NCBI GenBank assembly: GCA_963977015.1
Contig: CAXBMO010000003.1
Coordinates: 96,001-160,000 of the forward strand
Length of the DNA stretch: 64,000 bases
Direction: 5' to 3'
Source of the DNA: an uncultured bacterium
GTDB taxonomy: Bacteria; Verrucomicrobiota; Verrucomicrobiia; Verrucomicrobiales; DEV007
Shown here: positions 61,704 through 64,000 of the stretch, piece after piece
Numbering within the stretch: position 1 is the first letter of the stretch
Layout: each line of letters begins with the position of its first letter
Notes under the pieces: generated by a model
What the model was told of the DNA's origin: nothing
The model's input: the letters and a program-made list of their open reading frames with translations, nothing else
Database searches by the model: none
Made by a program: the position numbers and the translations under genes

Positions 61704-63041
61704 CTACTTCGCCAGCTCCTTCAACAGCGCCCGGTTCATCCGTACTCCAGCCTCGAAATTCTCGATCGGGAAATTCTCGTTCGGGGCGTGGGCCATGCAG
61801 TCCGGAAGCGCCAAGCCGAGCATCAGCGTATCGACACCGAGAACATCCTTGAAGCTTTGAATGATGGGGATGCTTCCGCCTTCGCGAATCAGCATCGGGT
61901 CCGCGTCGAAGGTGGCTCGAAGCGCTTTTTGAGCGGCCAGCCCGTAGCCGGTGTTCGGATCCATCACGTAGGAGTGACCACTGTGTCCGGGCTCGATTTC
62001 CATCTTGACCGATTCGGGACAATGTTTGCGCAGATGACTCGCCACCAGTTTCTGGATTTCGTCTGGATCCTGATCCGGCACCAAACGGCAGCTCAGTTTC
62101 ACCATCGCTTCTTTCGGAATGACGGTCTTGGAGCCTTCCCCCTGGTAGCCGCCGCCAATTCCATTCACTTCAATCGTCGGGCGCGCCCAACGGCGTTCAT
62201 AGGAATCGAAACCGGTCTCGCCAAAGAGCTGCGGGACTCCGGTTTGCTCGAACATCTCCTGGTCCGCATCGGGCAGGCGGCTCCAGGTTTCCTTCTCCCA
62301 ATCCTGCAGCGGTTGCACCGCATCGTAAAAGCCATCGACCAAGACCCGACCGGTCTTCGCGTCTGACAGGCTTGCCGCGATCTGGGCCGCGACCATGGCC
62401 GGATTTGCCACCGCGCCGCCGTAAATCCCGGAATGAAGATCGACAAAGGGGCCCGTCAGCTTGAACTCGAGACAGGCGATTCCACGGAGGCCGTAGGTCA
62501 GGGTTGGAACACCCGGCGCGACCATTCCCGTGTCAGAAACCGCAACGACGTCGCACTTCAACAGTTCGCGATTGGCTTCGAGAAACGGATCCAGATTCGG
62601 ACTGCCAATTTCCTCCTCACCCTCGATCAAAAACGTAAGATTCACCGGTACGTCCCCATCTTCCATGAGGCTTTGTTCCACGCCGAGAATGTGGGCCAGA
62701 TTTTGGCCCTTATTGTCGGTCGATCCCCTCGCGAATATCACGCCGTCGCGAACGGTCGGCTCAAATGGCGGCGAATCCCACAACTCGACCGGATCGACCG
62801 GTTGGACGTCGTAATGGCCGTAGATCAATACCGTTGGCCTCCCGGCTTTGTGCTCATTCTTGGCGACGACGATCGGGTGCCCCGGAGTCGGGTGAAGGTC
62901 GACGCTCATGCCCATTTTCTGGAACTTGGCCACCAACCATTCGGCGCAGTCACGGGTATCTTTGGTGTGCTGGCTATCGGTCGAGATGCTGGCGAAGCGA
63001 AGGTAGTCAAAGAGTTGGTCGAGGCGGTCCTGGGCGGTCAT
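61704..63041 (-). CDS. M20 family dipeptidase
   Basis: YGHYDVQP, RGSTDNKGQ, EGEEEIGS, DLHSG, GGSIP, AHAPNE. Confidence 0.93.
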   Translation of the reverse strand: MTAQDRLDQLFDYLRFASISTDSQHTKDTRDCAEWLVAKFQKMGMSVDLHPTPGHPIVVAKNEHKAGRPTVLIYGHYDVQPVDPVELWDSPPFEPTVRDGVIFARGSTDNKGQNLAHILGVEQSLMEDGDVPVNLTFLIEGEEEIGSPNLDPFLEANRELLKCDVVAVSDTGMVAPGVPTLTYGLRGIACLEFKLTGPFVDLHSGIYGGAVANPAMVAAQIAASLSDAKTGRVLVDGFYDAVQPLQDWEKETWSRLPDADQEMFEQTGVPQLFGETGFDSYERRWARPTIEVNGIGGGYQGEGSKTVIPKEAMVKLSCRLVPDQDPDEIQKLVASHLRKHCPESVKMEIEPGHSGHSYVMDPNTGYGLAAQKALRATFDADPMLIREGGSIPIIQSFKDVLGVDTLMLGLALPDCMAHAPNENFPIENFEAGVRMNRALLKELAK

Positions 63042-63131
63042 TGTCTACGAATCGTTCCTTGCTTCACGCGTCGCAACCGTTGGTTGGAAAAAAGGGGCCA
63101 ATTCGATGAAATGAAGGCGTGCATCCAACCC

Positions 63132-63818
63132 TCAATCACCGCTCTCAAAGCGGTAACCGAATTCGCGAATCGTTTTGATGAAGGTCGGGTTGCCTGGATC
63201 GGGTTCAATCTTCTTACGCAAGACGCGGACGAAGCGATCGATGCTGCGGGAAGTGACCCGGCTATCGAAACCCCAGACGGCATTCATGATTTCGACCCGA
63301 CTCAGGGCCTTGCCCGGTTTGCTCACAAAATAGGCCAACAAGTCATACTCCTTGGGGGAAAGTTCGAAGGTCTTGTCTCCCGCCCGCAATTCGTGGGCCT
63401 CAGTGTCCAGGGTCCACTTCCCGAAGTTCGAAACCGTGGGCCGCGACTGCTCTTGTTCAGTTCTGCGGAGAACGGCTTCTGACCGGGCCATTAATTCGCG
63501 AATGCTGAAAGGCTTGGTCATGTAATCGTCGGCTCCCAACCCCAATCCCAGCACGACATCGGACTCCTCACTCTTGGCCGTCAGCATTATCACCGGAATC
63601 CTGACATCCTCCCGGCGCAGGGCCTGGCACAATTCGTAGCCGTTCACGATCGGGAGCATGATGTCGAGGATCAGGAGATCCGGTCGAATCTGCATGGCCT
63701 TGTTGAGGCCGGTCTTTCCGTCGCTTGCGAATTCGACGTGGTAACCTCGCTCCCCAAAGTTATCGGCCAAAACCTTCAACAGTGTGGTGTCGTCTTCAAC
63801 GATGAGAACCGTTTTCAT
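63132..63818 (-). CDS. OmpR-family DNA-binding response regulator
   Basis: LIVEDD, LDIMLP, MLTAK, GADDYMTKPF, winged helix ...LRKKIE...GYRF. Confidence 0.95.
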   Translation of the reverse strand: MKTVLIVEDDTTLLKVLADNFGERGYHVEFASDGKTGLNKAMQIRPDLLILDIMLPIVNGYELCQALRREDVRIPVIMLTAKSEESDVVLGLGLGADDYMTKPFSIRELMARSEAVLRRTEQEQSRPTVSNFGKWTLDTEAHELRAGDKTFELSPKEYDLLAYFVSKPGKALSRVEIMNAVWGFDSRVTSRSIDRFVRVLRKKIEPDPGNPTFIKTIREFGYRFESGD

Positions 63819-64000
63819 TGCGGTAGAGTTAGGGTGAGTTTTGCGCCTCCAAGATCAGACTCCGAGATTTCCAAAGTGCCCGAAAGCGCCTTCGCAAGCG
63901 AGCGGCAAATGTGAAGACCGAGCCCGCATCCTTCCCCTTGTCGACTAAGTCGTTGATCGATTTGATAAAAGCGCCGAAACACATTTCTGCGTTCCTCGAC
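63815..64000 (-). CDS. Sensor histidine kinase, C-terminal HATPase fragment (5' part outside the window)
   Basis: Minus-strand translation VEERRNVFRRFYQID...GEGCGLGLHICRSLA...GGAKLTLTLPQ*; ATGA overlap with the regulator. Confidence 0.88.
   Translation of the reverse strand, partial: VEERRNVFRRFYQIDQRLSRQGEGCGLGLHICRSLAKALSGTLEISESDLGGAKLTLTLPQ

Noticed and set aside
62433-63482. 349-aa + strand ORF
   Set aside because: Antisense to the M20 dipeptidase and the response regulator; no motifs.

Overview
Gene-dense bacterial chromosomal segment, probably from a PVC-superphylum organism, most likely Verrucomicrobiota. This is inferred from a planctomycete-type cytochrome c/DUF1549/DUF1553 protein, sulfatases, a kinase-PEGA-FGE protein and a secreted NIPSNAP protein. 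Most of it is housekeeping: ftsH, trpD, an AddA/UvrD-type helicase-nuclease, mpl, pyrF, coaD, malQ, mdh, guaBA, kbl, thiC with a TPP riboswitch, tRNA-Ser(GCT) and tRNA-Val(CAC). No CRISPR array, rRNA, transposase or integrase was seen. Most unusual items: (1) a stand-alone archaeo-eukaryotic primase/polymerase (AEP) fused to a HAD phosphatase, with key catalytic motifs of both domains recognisable (8812-9990); (2) a coupled winged-helix protein plus tandem-ATPase gene pair whose HerA-like C-terminal domain is degenerate (38922-42376); (3) a near-canonical XerCD dif site at 52051-52078; (4) an ArfABC-like BON/OmpA operon ending in a five-repeat helix-hairpin-helix protein; (5) an orphan Zn-finger plus adenine methyltransferase cassette; (6) several full-length but apparently catalytically dead enzymes (XdhB-like, sulfatase, S41); (7) candidate cis elements upstream of guaB and addA. 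All family assignments come from motif recognition by eye; no database searches were run.
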